Below are positions 1 to 12,988 of a stretch of 52,429 bases of DNA, piece after piece. The position numbers and the translations under genes were made by a program. This DNA is from Octopus sinensis (Eukaryota), in the NCBI RefSeq assembly GCF_006345805.1, contig NW_021833952.1:1-52429 (forward strand), written 5' to 3'. The notes under the pieces were generated by a model, which saw only the letters and a list, made by a program, of their open reading frames with translations, was not told where the DNA came from and did not search any database. How positions within the stretch are numbered: position 1 is the stretch's first letter; each line of letters opens with the position of its first letter.

Positions 1-73
1 TTTGGATTTTTTTTAATATACTAGACCACTGGTTTAAATTGATATATATGTAATACACACACACACATATATA

Positions 74-450
74 GGTGCAAGAGTGGCTGTGTGGTAAGTA
101 GCTTGCTTACCAACCACATGGTACCAGGTTCAGTCCTACTGTATGACACTTTGAGCAAGTGTCTTCTACTATAGCTTCGGAACGACCAAAGACTGGTGAG
201 TGGATTTGGTGGATGGAAGTCTGTTGCATAAATATACATATGTATGTATGTGTGTGTTTATGTGTCTGTTTGTCCCACCCCGAACATCACTTGACAACCA
301 ATGTTGGTGCGTTTACATCCCCATAACTTAGCCATTCAGCAAAAGGAACCGATAGAATATGTATTAGGCTTACAAAGAATAATCCTGGTGTCGTTTTATT
401 CAACTAAGGGTGTTGATTCAGCATGGTTGCAATCAAATAACTGAAACAGA
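74..450 (+). mobile_element. tRNA-headed SINE, family A (full length, diverged, internal microsatellite)
   Basis: A-box-like GTGGCTGTGTGGTAAG and B-box-like GGTTCAGTCC, then CTTTGAGCAAGTGTCTTCTACTATAG; aligns along its length with the copy at 4575-4970. Confidence 0.85.
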
Positions 451-479
451 AAATTTTTTTTTTTAAATTAATATATATA

Positions 480-875
480 CAGGGTTCAGTGAATAACCTG
501 CTGTTTAAATTATGCAAAAATGAAAATAAAACTGACATCTCATTTTAACATACATTTACCAAAATTACACAAAAATATCTTGAAATACTAAAGAATAAAT
601 TTATTCAAAAATCGTCATTGGCTTCAACCACAGCCTCCAGATGACTTCGGAACCTCCTGCAACTCTTCTGGAAGGTCTCCTTGGTGAATGCTGCCATAAT
701 TCTTGCCTTCAGTTCATCTTTGGTGTTACAAGCAGTTTTGTTGATCTCACACAACTGTGCCTCACACATAATAATCAAGGGGGTTGCAATCTGGTGAGTT
801 AGGTTACCAAATGTTATGGGTGATGTGGTCGCAAAAATTGTCTGACAGCCATGACTGGGTTCTCCACGCCATGCC
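480..875 (-). mobile_element. Tc1/mariner 3' fragment, Bmmar1/maT-like
   Basis: Minus-strand translation NKTACNTKDELKARIMAAFTKETFQKSCRRFRSHLEAVVEANDDF resembles the maT transposase C-terminus; end is TA|CAGGGTTCAGTGAATAA. Confidence 0.75.
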
Positions 876-1011
876 GGAACACAAGGAAATAAACACAAGG
901 AACACAAGGAACACAAGGAAATAAACAGAGGGAATAAAAAAACTTGTGGATTTAGCAGTTAATCATTGCTAACAGATGAACAGACTGACAGACAGGCAAA
1001 CAGGTAGACAG

Positions 1012-1222
1012 ACAGCCTCCCCACTTCACACCACTGATGTTCTCCAAAGGAAAGGCAAAGGGGCCGATACAGCTTGGCACCAGTGATGTCGCAACTCATT
1101 TCTACGGCTGAGTTAACTGGAGCAACATGAAATGAAGAGTCTTGCTCAAGAACACAATGCATTACCCAGTCCAGGAATCGAACTTACAACCTCATGATGC
1201 TCTAACCACTGAGCCATGTGCC
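1012..1222 (-). mobile_element. tRNA-headed SINE, family B (5' part)
   Basis: Reverse complement aligns with 2503-2700 (GGCACATGGCTCAGTGGTTAGAGC head, GTGTTCTTGAGCAAGAC body). Confidence 0.85.
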
Positions 1223-1627
1223 TTCATCATAGCTAGAATACTTTACGTGGGAATAGAACTCATTGGACAATGTAGTCCAGCTATGTTGTGGTGACTATAA
1301 ATTCAAATATTTTGTTTGTATCTATGTATCTATCAGTAAATATGTGATAGCTAGACAGACAGATAACTAGATGAGCATACTAACACACATACACACATAT
1401 AGACACAAGCACACACATGTTACACATCCATACAATCATATAAAGAGGAAGGTTCATATTCTCAGACAAGACCTTGTGTGTGTGTGTGTGTGTGTGTGTG
1501 TATCTTCACAAGACACTTGGAGGTTTAAATACTCAGAACAAATTTGCGGGGGTGTCTGCATGGTGAGTGATTACATTAAGAAAGAACTTAGCATCTATAG
1601 CTGAAAATGAAGACGATGGTAATGATG

Positions 1628-1628
<1 letters not shown>

Positions 1629-1685
<57 letters not shown>

Positions 1686-1697
1686 TTAATAATAATA
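1629..1697. repeat. (TAA)n microsatellite
   Basis: Direct inspection. Confidence 0.95.
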
Positions 1698-2428
1698 ACA
1701 ACCACAACAACTACAACATCATAAATGAATTAAAGATAGGGAAAAGCTGCATATAGATAGAAAATGTAGATAGGAGAGTATAAAACGTAATGAGTTTAAA
1801 TCATGTGTAAAGTGGCACGGAAATGAATTCCACTAAAAGACAATAGAAACTGAAGTGGAACAGCAGTATTAATAAGATAATAAGAATTATTATTAGGATT
1901 CTGGGAGAAGTACATTGAATTGATACATACACAGTCATATATATACATACACATAAGCGAATAATTTATATGTAGATATGAATATACAAATATGTGCACA
2001 TATATATATATATATATATATAGAAAGGGAAGATAATGATAGTGGGTGGGTGTGGGGGGGCGGGGGTGTAAGAATGTATACTGATACAAAATTCATTTGT
2101 TTTTGCATCCCTTTTATGTGCATACTGATATACATACATATACATACATACATAAGTATATATATATATATATACACATACACACAGACACGCACATATA
2201 TACATACATGTATATGTATATATATATATTATTGTCTGCAGTTCATATATCTGAAAACAGCCCTCTCAGTGTGAAAAAAATATTTATGTATGTTTGTATG
2301 TAAATATATATATAAGAATGTTTGTTTTGTATATATGTATATATATGTATATATATATGTGTGTGTATGTGTATGTATGCATGTATATATATATATAGTT
2401 ATATATACATATATATTATACAACATAT

Positions 2429-2461
<33 letters not shown>

Positions 2462-2502
2462 TACATATATAAAAATATACACTATATACATTTATATTTA
2501 TA

Positions 2503-2815
2503 GGAGTGAAGGCGCATGGCTCAGTGGTTAGAGCATCGAGCTTACAATCGTGAGGTTGTGAGTTCGAATCCCGGAATGGGCTGCGGATTGTGTTCTTGAG
2601 AAAGACACTTCATTTCCCGTTGCTCCATTCAACTCAGCTGTAGAAATGAGTTGCGACATCGCAGGTGCCAAGCTGTATCGGCCATTGCCTGGTGGCATGG
2701 AGAGGGGGAGGCTGGTATGCATGGGCGACTGCTGGTCTTCCATAAACAACCTTGCCCGGACTTGTGCTTGGGAGGGTAACTTTGTAGGTGCAATCCCTGG
2801 CCAGTGTTATGACCC
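2503..2815 (+). mobile_element. tRNA-headed SINE, family B
   Basis: GGCGCATGGCTCAGTGGTTAGAGCA (A box), GAGTTCGAATCCC (B box), then GTGTTCTTGAGAAAGACACTT. Confidence 0.9.
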
Positions 2816-2845
2816 GAAGGGGATCTCAGAACATTTATATACATG

Positions 2846-2879
<34 letters not shown>

Positions 2880-2972
2880 TATATATATATTATTATATAT
2901 TATATATATATATCCCTATATATATATATATATATACATATATTATTGAAATGTATGTATATGTATATATAT

Positions 2973-4292
2973 GGTTCCCAGACTAGTTCTGTAGCTCGCC
3001 AACAGAGGCAGCACATGACTGCCTGCACAGAGTGAGCTAGCAGTGACCTTCATGAGGCAGCCTGCCAAGTGACATCACTGTGCCCACTTTGCAGGTCATG
3101 AAATTTGTGGTTCTGTGATCACGTGTATGTTGCAGTCAGTGATTTTGTCATGGACAGGAAGTTAGAACATGGAGCCAACAGGAAATTTTGCATTAAACTT
3201 GGGAAGTCTGCTACAGAGACATTGAGCATGCTTTGGGTGTGACTCTGAAATGAAGCAGCAGTCATCTCTGTGGTAGAGCCCTTCATCTCCACGACGGAAG
3301 AAGGGGATCTTTTCGCTTTCAATGGCAGTTTTTAACATAATTTCTAGGTAACTAAATAATTTTAAACTTTGTATTCTGGTAGAATGTGTTTATAAAACAT
3401 CTTTTTCTCTTGGCTTTATTGAGAGAATTCTATAGTTTGTAAGATATTTGTTGTTTTTTTCTTCAATTTCTGCAATTTTAACCAATCACTGACGTCCATT
3501 GATGTAAACAACATTCTGTGCCTTATAATATGTCCCTCGTTTAAGAAAAAGATTGGGTTTATTTACATTTGTGAAGAAAAAAAGATACCCTTCCCCCACC
3601 CCACCACTAACCCTAACCCTAACCCTAAAATAGATTGAAATGCAATAGATCGATACTAGGGTCATAATTATGGGTGACAATTTCATATGACACCACTAGA
3701 AAAAACTGCCGTTCAAACCGAAAAGATCCGAAGAAGGCATGCTAGCTGCAGCTCAATCTAGAGAATGCTTATCGTTTTTTCCAACATTCATGATATTGTG
3801 CATTAAGAATTTGTCCTCCAGGGCCAGACAGTCATTTGTGACTTCTACTGCAATATCTTGAAGCATCTGAGGGAGGACACTCAATGAAAGTAACCAATCT
3901 GTGGCGCACAAAGAACTGGATTCTTCACAATGACAATGCACCCTATCATCAAGCTCTCCACACTCATAAGTTTCTCACCAAAAACAACATGGCATCACTT
4001 CCACACCTGCCCTATTCGCCAGATTTAGCACCTGCAGACTTACATCTCTTCCCCAAGATAAAAATGCAGCTCAGAGGTTGTTGTTTTAATGCTGTTGTTA
4101 AGATCCTGAGTGAATCGCAGAAGGTCCCCAAATTGCTTACAGAAAATTAATCCCTTGCCAAATTCCAAAACGCAAGAATGCTGGGACCAGTGTATTGCTG
4201 CACAAGGTGACTATTTCAGAGGATAAAATCTAGGTAAATAAGTTTTCTTTTATTAAGCATAATTAGTCCGGAAACTTTCTGATACTACCTTG
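2973..4292 (+). mobile_element. Decayed mariner (irritans-like), internally deleted, interrupted by a MITE
   Basis: MDRKLEHGANRKFCIKLGKSATETLSML from 3150; CDSEMKQQSSLW*SPSSPRRKK; WILHNDNAP...LPHLPYSPDLAPAD (3884-4150 ORF); right TIR remnant followed by TA at 4293. Confidence 0.9.
3305..3729. mobile_element. MITE with 29-bp TIRs and 8-bp TSD (Merlin-like or hAT-like)
   Basis: TIR GGATCTTTTCG..GGCAGTTTTT at both ends (3 mismatches); perfect TSD GAAGAAGG at 3297-3304 and 3730-3737. Confidence 0.9.
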
Positions 4293-4351
4293 TATGTATA
4301 TATATATATAATATATATATATATATATAATATATATATAATGCATATACT

Positions 4352-4560
4352 CTCTCTTTTACTCTTTTACTTGTTTGAGTCATTTGATTGTGGCCATGCC
4401 GGAGCACTGCCTTTAGTTGAGCGAATCGACCCCAGGATTTATTCTTTGTAAGCCTAGTACTTATTCTATTGGTCTCTTTTGCCGAACCACTAAGTTATGG
4501 GGACGTAAACACACCAGCATCGGTTGTCAAGCGATGTTGGCGGGACAAACACAGACACAC
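4352..4560 (-). mobile_element. SINE family A, 3' half
   Basis: Reverse complement of the 4770-4970 segment. Confidence 0.85.
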
Positions 4561-4574
4561 ATATACACACACAC

Positions 4575-4970
4575 GTGGCTGTATGGTAAGTAGCTTAACT
4601 ATCAACCACATGGTTCTGGGTTCAGTCCCACTGTGTGGCACCTTGGGCAAGTGTCTTCTATTATAGCCTCGGGCCGACCAAAGCCTTGTGAGTGGATTTG
4701 GTAGACGGAAACTGAAAGAAGCCCATCGTATATATGTATATATATATATGCGTGTGTGTGTTTGTGTGTCTGTGTTTGTCCCCCAGCATTGCTTGACAAC
4801 CGATGCTGGTGTGTTTATGTCCCCGTTACCTAGCGGTTCGGCAAAAAGAGACCGAAAGAATAAGTACTGGGCTTACAAAGAATAAGTCCCGGGGTCGAGT
4901 TCCTCGATTAAAGGCGGTGCTCCAGCATGGCCGCAGTCAAATGACTGAAACAAGTAAAAGAGTAAAAGAG
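4575..4970 (+). mobile_element. SINE family A, near-consensus full-length copy
   Basis: Head GTGGCTGTATGGTAAGTAGC, GGGTTCAGTCCC, internal (TA)/(TG) tract, tail GTAAAAGAGTAAAAGAG. Confidence 0.9.
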
Positions 4971-4979
4971 TATATATAC

Positions 4980-5028
<49 letters not shown>

Positions 5029-5030
5029 TA

Positions 5031-5188
5031 TGGTGGGCTTCTTTCAGTTTCTGTCTACCAAATTCACTCACAAAGCTTTGGTTGGCTTAAGGCTATAGTA
5101 GAAGACTCCTGCCCAAGGTACCATGCAGCGGGACTGAACCCAGAAGCATGTGGTTCATAAGCAAGCTACTTACCACACGGCCACTCCT
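5031..5188 (-). mobile_element. SINE family A, 5' half
   Basis: Reverse complement of 4575-4725. Confidence 0.85.
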
Positions 5189-5244
5189 ATACCTATTAAA
5201 ATAAAAAGTTAAGTTCTAGTCATAGAGTTATCAAAGGTTTCATA

Positions 5245-5439
5245 TCCAGAAGAGTTACAGGAGATTCCGAAGTCATCTGAAGGCCGTGGTTGAAGCCCCT
5301 GGCGATTTTATTGAATAAATTTACTTTGTAGTATTTCAGGATATTTTCATATAATTTTGGTAAATATATGTTAAAATGAGATGTCAGTTTTATTTTCATT
5401 TTTGCATAATCTAGACAACAGTTTATTCACTGCACCCTG
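5245..5439 (+). mobile_element. maT-like Tc1/mariner 3' end fragment
   Basis: QKSYRRFRSHLKAVVEAPGDFIE*; ends TTATTCACTGCACCCTG|TA; inverted homologue of 480-675. Confidence 0.8.
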
Positions 5440-5487
5440 TACGCATATGTATATATATGCGCAAATATATACAAATGTATATGCAAA

Positions 5488-5612
5488 TCCTCATCATCAT
5501 CACCATCATTATTTAATGTCTGCTTTCTATACTGGCATGGATTGGATGGTTTGATAAGAAGCTGGCCTGGCAGAAGACTGCCCCATAGTTCACTGTCTGT
5601 TTTGGCATAATT
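5488..5612 (-). mobile_element. RTE LINE 3' tail, diverged fragment
   Basis: (CAT)n followed by TTTAATGTCTGCTTTCTATACTGGCATGG, matching the tail family. Confidence 0.6.
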
Positions 5613-5723
5613 TTTATAACTAGATGTCATTCCTAAGACAAAACGTATATATATATATGTATATAATGTATATAATACATACATATATTAGAAGGTTTGG
5701 AGATGATGTACAGGTATTTTATA

Positions 5724-5946
5724 TTAGAAGAAAAGAGGTACTCAGAAATCCGGATGGTTTTATATTTACAGATATTTATTTGTATGTTACATGGTTTTTA
5801 TACATCATATATCATATATCATATATTAGCGTTTTCGTCCATTCTAGTGGAGTCGAGAATATATGATGTATAAAACCATGTAACATCTAAATAAATATCT
5901 GTAAATATAAAACCATCCAAATTTCTGAGTACCTCATTTCTTCTAA
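5724..5946. repeat. Fold-back element with ~90-bp inverted arms
   Basis: 5724-5812 is the near-perfect reverse complement of 5859-5946; TA on both flanks. Confidence 0.9.
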
Positions 5947-6023
5947 TACATACATATATGCATGCATGCACATTTGTGCATCATGTAACTACGATTGAGA
6001 TGCATTTTATGATGCTGCACCAG

Positions 6024-6161
6024 AAATCTCCCCACTGAATGCACTTTGCTAGATCTACAACTATTGCCAATAGAACCAGTACATTTCAGTGATCTTCATC
6101 ATATATTAGGATATGGAAATCTCCGAAACTTAGCATCTGATATGATCTGTTATTCAGAATG
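6024..6161 (+). CDS. Weak candidate internal exon (phase 2-2, 138 nt)
   Basis: CAG|...TG|GTAGTG; open frame NLPTECTLLDLQLLPIEPVHFSDLHHILGYGNLRNLASDMICYSE; both splice sites are weak. Confidence 0.15.
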
Positions 6162-6676
6162 GTAGTGCTAGCAAGCAAAGTTTACCATTTGTAGAGATGG
6201 ATGGAATGTGTTCATAAGTCTTCTCATTGGTCTTTTGCACATACCATGATGAATCTGGTGTATTTAGTATCACGTTCCTTTTGGTTCCATTGGGAAGATT
6301 ATATACATATACACACACACATACACACATACACACACATACATATATACACATAGATACACACACAGACGCATGCACATACACACATGCACACATATAT
6401 ACATATATAAATGAGTTGAGATATAGATACATTCATATATACATCTACATATACTTGTGTAGATATATATTGATGTGTGTTATATCTGTGTATAATATAT
6501 ATATATATAGATATATATATATATATTATAATATATATATATCATCATCATATCATCATCGTTTATATATATATATATAGAGATATAGATATAGATATAG
6601 AGATATACATACGCACAAAGAGGAATACTTAAGTGTATGCCGATATATGTGTATATGTATATATATATATATAATA

Positions 6677-6708
<32 letters not shown>

Positions 6709-7665
6709 GCACATACATATGAACATTGTATGTATGTATGTATGTATGCACGTACGTATGTATGTATGTAAGCATATATAATATATATATATATATATAA
6801 ACATCACCCTGTGCTGAAAAGAAGGAAGAAGCCAATAGACAGATGAGGGCAGCACAACATATTTAACAGTTTCATAAAAGACACACTTTTCTCTGACAAA
6901 AGTGATGGAGAGAGTTAAGTGCTCCGTCCAAAGAGCTAGCCGATGCCTCCTTTTCAATGTTGGCATCTGTGCAGCATAATTTGAACTCACAACCCCATGA
7001 GACTGCAATCTAATGCCATATCAATGCCGAACATTTCGGCTATACCAATTTAGCGTTGTCTCCTCGGTGCTACGCAACTAACGGATGATGAAAGGAAACC
7101 GACTGAAAATTTTGAATAAAGTTAACATCACAATTCATTTGATACATTTAGAGTTAATAGAAATGGTGGCAATATTACACAATATTTGTAATTATCAATG
7201 GAATCTTTAGCATGCATTTAAGTGCAAATAGATACAGATTGATGTGGAGGCCCATCAACACCAACAACACCGATGGCAAAATCAAAACAAACAAAAATAG
7301 TAAAAGGAGAGTGGGAGTGAGAGAGGGGGGGAAGAAAAGCAGCATATAAAAAGCTAAAAGAAAGAAAGAAGGAAAGAAAGGAATTATTGAATGGAGCAAG
7401 AAAAGCTTGACCATTACGCAGTATCGATGTATTCCATTTGTAGAGCAATTTGTTATGTCACCAATATGATTCCCAAGACGGGGAGCAATGGAAATGTTCG
7501 ACTGGATATTTGACCATTAACATTTTCATGAAATAAACACACACACACACAAACACACCATATTTCTGCATATATATATATATATATAATTTATACATTA
7601 TAATAATATATATATTTACATATAATATCTTATATATATATATACACACACACATATATATGTAA

Positions 7666-7744
<79 letters not shown>

Positions 7745-7824
7745 AATGTAGATGTACAAATACATATTCATCTATATATTATGCATATGTATTAATGTAT
7801 GTATGTGTGTCATATGTATGTATA

Positions 7825-7873
<49 letters not shown>

Positions 7874-8748
7874 TATACATGTATATATACACACATGTAT
7901 ATGTGTGTATATGTATATATATAATGCATATATGCATATTGTGTATAATCGCTGACAAATATATAAAAATTTAATTGTACGCACACATATACAATTCTTA
8001 TGCTTACATATATCCACATGCAATATTATAAATATAGATTGACCATTAAATATGTGTGCTCATATGCATGTGTGTGTAAGTGTGTGTATACATATTCATA
8101 TACATATATACATATATGCATACACACATTTACATACATACACATATATATGCATATGTGTATGTGTGTGTATATATATATATATATATGCATATGTATA
8201 TACACACATACACATCTACAATCACCTGTATACGCTCAACACACACATACACGCATGCAGGGCAAATTATATACTTTTATACATCACTGAGAATGTTCTA
8301 AGAAAATGTTGTACACATACACACGGCCGTGACTATAAGTGAGGAGGTGATGTAGATAAAGAGAAAAAGAGAGTGAGCGGTGAGAGGATGTGAGATGAGG
8401 TCAGAGTGGCTAAATGAAAAGTTGAGAGAGATAAATGGTTGGATTGATTGATGGATATTAAGTGGAGTGGTCACTGCTGGGATTCGAAAACTGCACCAAA
8501 CATACATTTCATTCAAATAAGACCCCTTCATCTATTTCAGAATTGGACATATGTATACAACCTAAATGATACCCATATTGTGAATGTGCCTGCACGAAGG
8601 TCTCTACATCTATATATATATGTATATACACGTGTGTGTGGGTTAAGGTGTGTACATACATACATACATATATATGTATACATACATACATATATACATA
8701 TATATAAATATATATATATATGCACATATATACACACACACACACATA

Positions 8749-8796
<48 letters not shown>

Positions 8797-9067
8797 CATT
8801 TACATACACACACACATATACATACATATATATAAATGCAGATATACTGTAGCATGTGTAAGCATTGAGGGATGTATAGAAAATGGAGAGAAATACCTGA
8901 ATAAGTAAGGTCTAGCTTATCTCAGTGTGATAAGATTTTGGTGAGTGGAATATGGATAGATATAAAAGAGATGCTATCAAAATCTCTGTATGTTGCCTGC
9001 TCTCTTTCTCTGTGTGCACGCACCTGTGCATGTGTGTGTATGCATATGTACATATATATATATATAC

Positions 9068-9157
<90 letters not shown>

Positions 9158-9171
9158 TATATATGTATATA

Positions 9172-9209
<38 letters not shown>

Positions 9210-9224
9210 TATATATATATATAG

Positions 9225-9268
<44 letters not shown>

Positions 9269-9396
9269 GTGTCTTTTTACCTTGTTAACAATTAACACAG
9301 AAAAAAAAAAAATAGTACCAGGGTAGCAAAAATCTATTTATTCATATATATATATATATATATATAGTGTGTGTGTGTATATATATATATAATATA

Positions 9397-9464
<68 letters not shown>

Positions 9465-10094
9465 CATACATGCATGTTTATATACATACACTTCCATACA
9501 TACCCACGCTTAGATACATAACTCATGCACTCACACATACACATCCCCCCTACGTATATGGCTATATAAAAACATATTTACATACATTTATACATTTATA
9601 AATATACACTTATCTTTGTGCGTAATATGAAACACTATACTTTTGCAAACACCAATTCGATATGGAAAATAAATGATATCACTCACAGTACCAAAACATG
9701 TCACTCATTCCCTTGCTATGTGACCTTATTAACAATTCCAGTTACATACATCTCTTTTAATTTAGTTATAAATTCTATGAGCTTTAACAAATGTTTTATT
9801 CTCTATTTGAATTCTTTATTGCTAATTCAGAAGTTACCTTCACTGAAACAGACACACAATTTGCTCTATTAATGTTTAATGTAGCAAGATATCGTTTCTT
9901 GCTTTCTATGTGTTGATGAGAATTACCTCAGAGTTAATGAAGTAATTATAATTTAATGGATATGGTGAAGGTATTTTTTTTTTGATGCAGATGATTTTAA
10001 ATGTTGCAAGAAATAATGTGAAATGGAATTTCTAGCTTTCACTTCCTGATTTATTGAAAGCAAGCACATACAGTGATACACACCTAAAAGACAC

Positions 10095-10154
10095 ATACAC
10101 AAACTCATTTAATATCTATCTATCTATCTGTCTATCTGTCCGTCCATCTGTCAG

Positions 10155-10225
<71 letters not shown>

Positions 10226-10260
10226 GGCTATCTGTCTACCTACCTGCCCATCTGTCTCTC
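10095..10260. repeat. (TATC)n/(TGTC)n microsatellite
   Basis: Direct inspection. Confidence 0.9.
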
Positions 10261-10543
10261 TGACTGTATATCTGTCTGCCTCTCTAGCTGTATAAATGGC
10301 CTAGAGTTTAGGGTGCTGCATTTAAGATTGGGAGATTGGGATTTCAATTCTCAGGTCAGGCACTGCATCATGCTCTTGAGTAAAACATTTTATTTCCATG
10401 TTGCTCTGCCTCTGCAATCACTTCAGCATCTGACATGCAGCAGTCTGGCGCACCTGTGCAGCAAGGGAATCAGCCATAGAAAAACTTGCTCCTACATATT
10501 CACATCTGATTTATGCAAGCATGAAAAAGTGCACGTTAAAGCA

Positions 10544-10872
10544 ATGATGATCATGATGACGATGATGATGATCATCATGATGATGATAGCGATGATGATC
10601 ATGATGATGATCATGATGGCAATGATGATGATGATGATGATGATGATGATGGCGAAGATGATGATGATGACGATGATGGCGATGATGATGATGATGATGA
10701 TGGCGATGATGATGATGATGATGATGACGATGTTGATGATGATGATGATGATGGCAATGATGATGACGATGATGATGACGATGATGATGATGATGATGAC
10801 GATGATAATGACGACGACGATGATGACGATGATGATGACGATGATGATGACGACGACAACAATGATGATGAT
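10544..10872. repeat. Long imperfect (GAT)n/(GAC)n trinucleotide tract
   Basis: Direct inspection; source of the poly-Met, poly-Ile and poly-Ser ORFs. Confidence 0.95.
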
Positions 10873-11354
10873 ACTGTCTCTGTCTTTCTCCCTCTTTCTC
10901 ACTTTCTCAATAAATGAAACCAGTTCTCTTAAACTCAATAAGTCTGTGCAATCATTCCTAGAATCCAAGAAGCTCCTGTGTGTAAATTTGTTTTGAATGG
11001 ATAAACTGTTGCACAGCACTGAAGCAACTTTTCCAGCACAATCAGCTATAAAACTAGTAGCACAACTAAGCTTCAGATGACCAGAAACCAACCGCACTTC
11101 AGGTTGTTTTAAACAAGTTTGCCTTCTCCTAAGAAGAAGTTCTAGCAAGATCTAAAGGTCCTTCCCACCATGTGGATCGATCTAGCTAAACCGTAACTGG
11201 GACCCTAACAAATGTTGGATCAGAAAAGACTTAGGCAAAATAGTGGCTAATAGGTAGTTCCACATATATCAAAACCCTGGAATTCCCATTCCTGAATCCT
11301 ACTATGGATGGAATTAAGAGTCCTAGGACGTACAAAGACACACACTCATTCACA

Positions 11355-11645
11355 TCACCATCCTCATCCTCATCATTTAATGTCTGTTTTCCGATCTGGC
11401 ATGGGTTGGGCAGTCTGACTGAAAACTGGTCAGCTGGGAAGCTGCATCAGGTTCTAATCTGATTTGGCATGATTTTTACAGCTGGATGCCCTTCTTAATG
11501 CCAACCACCCCAAGAGGGTATTTAGTGCTTGTTAGGTGCAACTAGCATGGGCACCTGTTATCTAACACCAGCATCGGCCACAACTATGATCTCACTTGTC
11601 TTGATATATCTTCTTAAGCACGGTGTATATCCAGAGGTCTTGGTC
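11355..11645 (-). mobile_element. RTE LINE 3'UTR copy (5'-truncated)
   Basis: CAGCTGGATGCCCTTCTTAATGCCAACCAC motif and (CAT)n tail. Confidence 0.75.
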
Positions 11646-11702
11646 ACAAAACCAAAGCAAGAAAATGCTTTGAGAACTTTATATCATGCGTAAAAGTAGG
11701 AT

Positions 11703-11993
11703 GTTGTTTGTTCCTTCTCGAGCCTTGCCTGGCTCATAAGGGCTGGTTTCTCATGTTTCAATCGTGTGTATATTCCCTACTTGGATGGGACACCTGTCTA
11801 TTGCAGGTGAGCTGCTAGATGCAGGAAGAAAGAGTGAGAGAAAGTTGTGGCGAAAGAGTCAGCAGAAGTTTGCCATTACCTTCTGCTGGAGGGACATGGA
11901 GCTTAGGTGCTTCGCTCATAAACACACATGATTCGAACCCACGATCCCTCGATCGTGAGTCTGCTGCTCTAAACACTAGGCCATGTGCCTCCA
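11703..11993 (-). mobile_element. tRNA-headed SINE, family F
   Basis: Reverse-complement head GTGGAGGCACATGGCCTAGTGTTTAGAGCAGC...GGGTTCGAATC; aligns with 26318-26602. Confidence 0.85.
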
Positions 11994-12756
11994 CAAAGGA
12001 GGATATATTGACATTTTTATCAAAATATGTTACTGGTTTTAGTTCTTTAAGACAAGTGAGTCATGCAATATATAATAATAAAATAAATTGCATTGAATTA
12101 AATTCATCTTTCCCGATAGCATTTTACACGTTCACATGTTTTTCTTACAAAATTCACATGGCTGCTGCTTCGTAATACAGTTTCAACAATAGCAATTGTC
12201 TGTCATTCCTTAATGTCAATGTTGATATCAAACAGTGGGTCACAATGATAGAAAAAATGCATGGTTTCTATGCCAATGGTAATGTTTGTAGTAGTAGTGG
12301 CTGTATCAGCCTCACTAGTTAAAGCAGTTGTAGAAATAGCAGCAGCAGCAGCCATTCAAGAATTTGGACCTGGAGATCTCCATTTCCAGCGACTTCGAGG
12401 GCCACCTCCTAGTGGTGTCAGGCATCAACAAAGAGCCCTCGACTACAACAAGACGACCAAAGTTTTTTTTCCAAGGTCTGGGGTCTCCTAGCCCTAAGCC
12501 CTAGACCATCATCTAATTACCCTTACCTGTCTTGTTGCTTAACAACAACGACAACAGCAGCAGCAGTAGCAGTAGTAGTAGTAGTCTTTTCTGTCTCACA
12601 GTGGTTAAGATGCAGTTGGCATTCTTTATAAAAGCTGTTTGTTGATATACTGCTGTTGTAATATTGTGTCAGTGGGAAACTGATATTAGGAAAAGATCAT
12701 AAAATTTGATTTCAATGCAACATGTGTCCAAATGATCACTGAGTGGTATTAGTTTG

Positions 12757-12988
12757 AGGCGGCGAGCTAGCAGAATCGTTAGCACGTCGGGCGAAATGCT
12801 TAGCGGTATTTCGGCTGCCGTTATGTTGTGAGTTCAAATTCTGCCGAGGTCGACTTTGCCTTTCATCCTTTCGGGGTCGATAAATTAAGTACCAGTTAAG
12901 CACTGGGGTCGATATAATCGACTTAATACCTATGTCTGTCCACGTTTGTCCCCTCTATGTTTAGCCCATTGTGGGTAATAAAGAAATA
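12757..12988 (+). mobile_element. tRNA-headed SINE, family C, with 12-bp TSD
   Basis: GGCGGCGAGCTAGCAGAATCG...GAGTTCAAATTC head; TSD GGTATTAGTTTG at 12745-12756 and 12989-13000. Confidence 0.92.

Noticed and set aside
2503-2580. tRNA gene-like sequence
   Set aside because: It continues into a multi-copy SINE body, and the acceptor stem is incomplete
3607-3628. Telomere or chromosome-fusion scar
   Set aside because: Only about 3.7 units, lying inside a MITE with its own TIRs and TSD
10313-11148. 227-aa poly-Met and 218-aa poly-Ile ORFs
   Set aside because: Translations of a (GAT)n microsatellite; the flanks have no coding character
10880-11330. Possible ancient LINE RT remnant (SFLESKKLL)
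   Set aside because: Only one short motif; the following QFGF-type motif is absent
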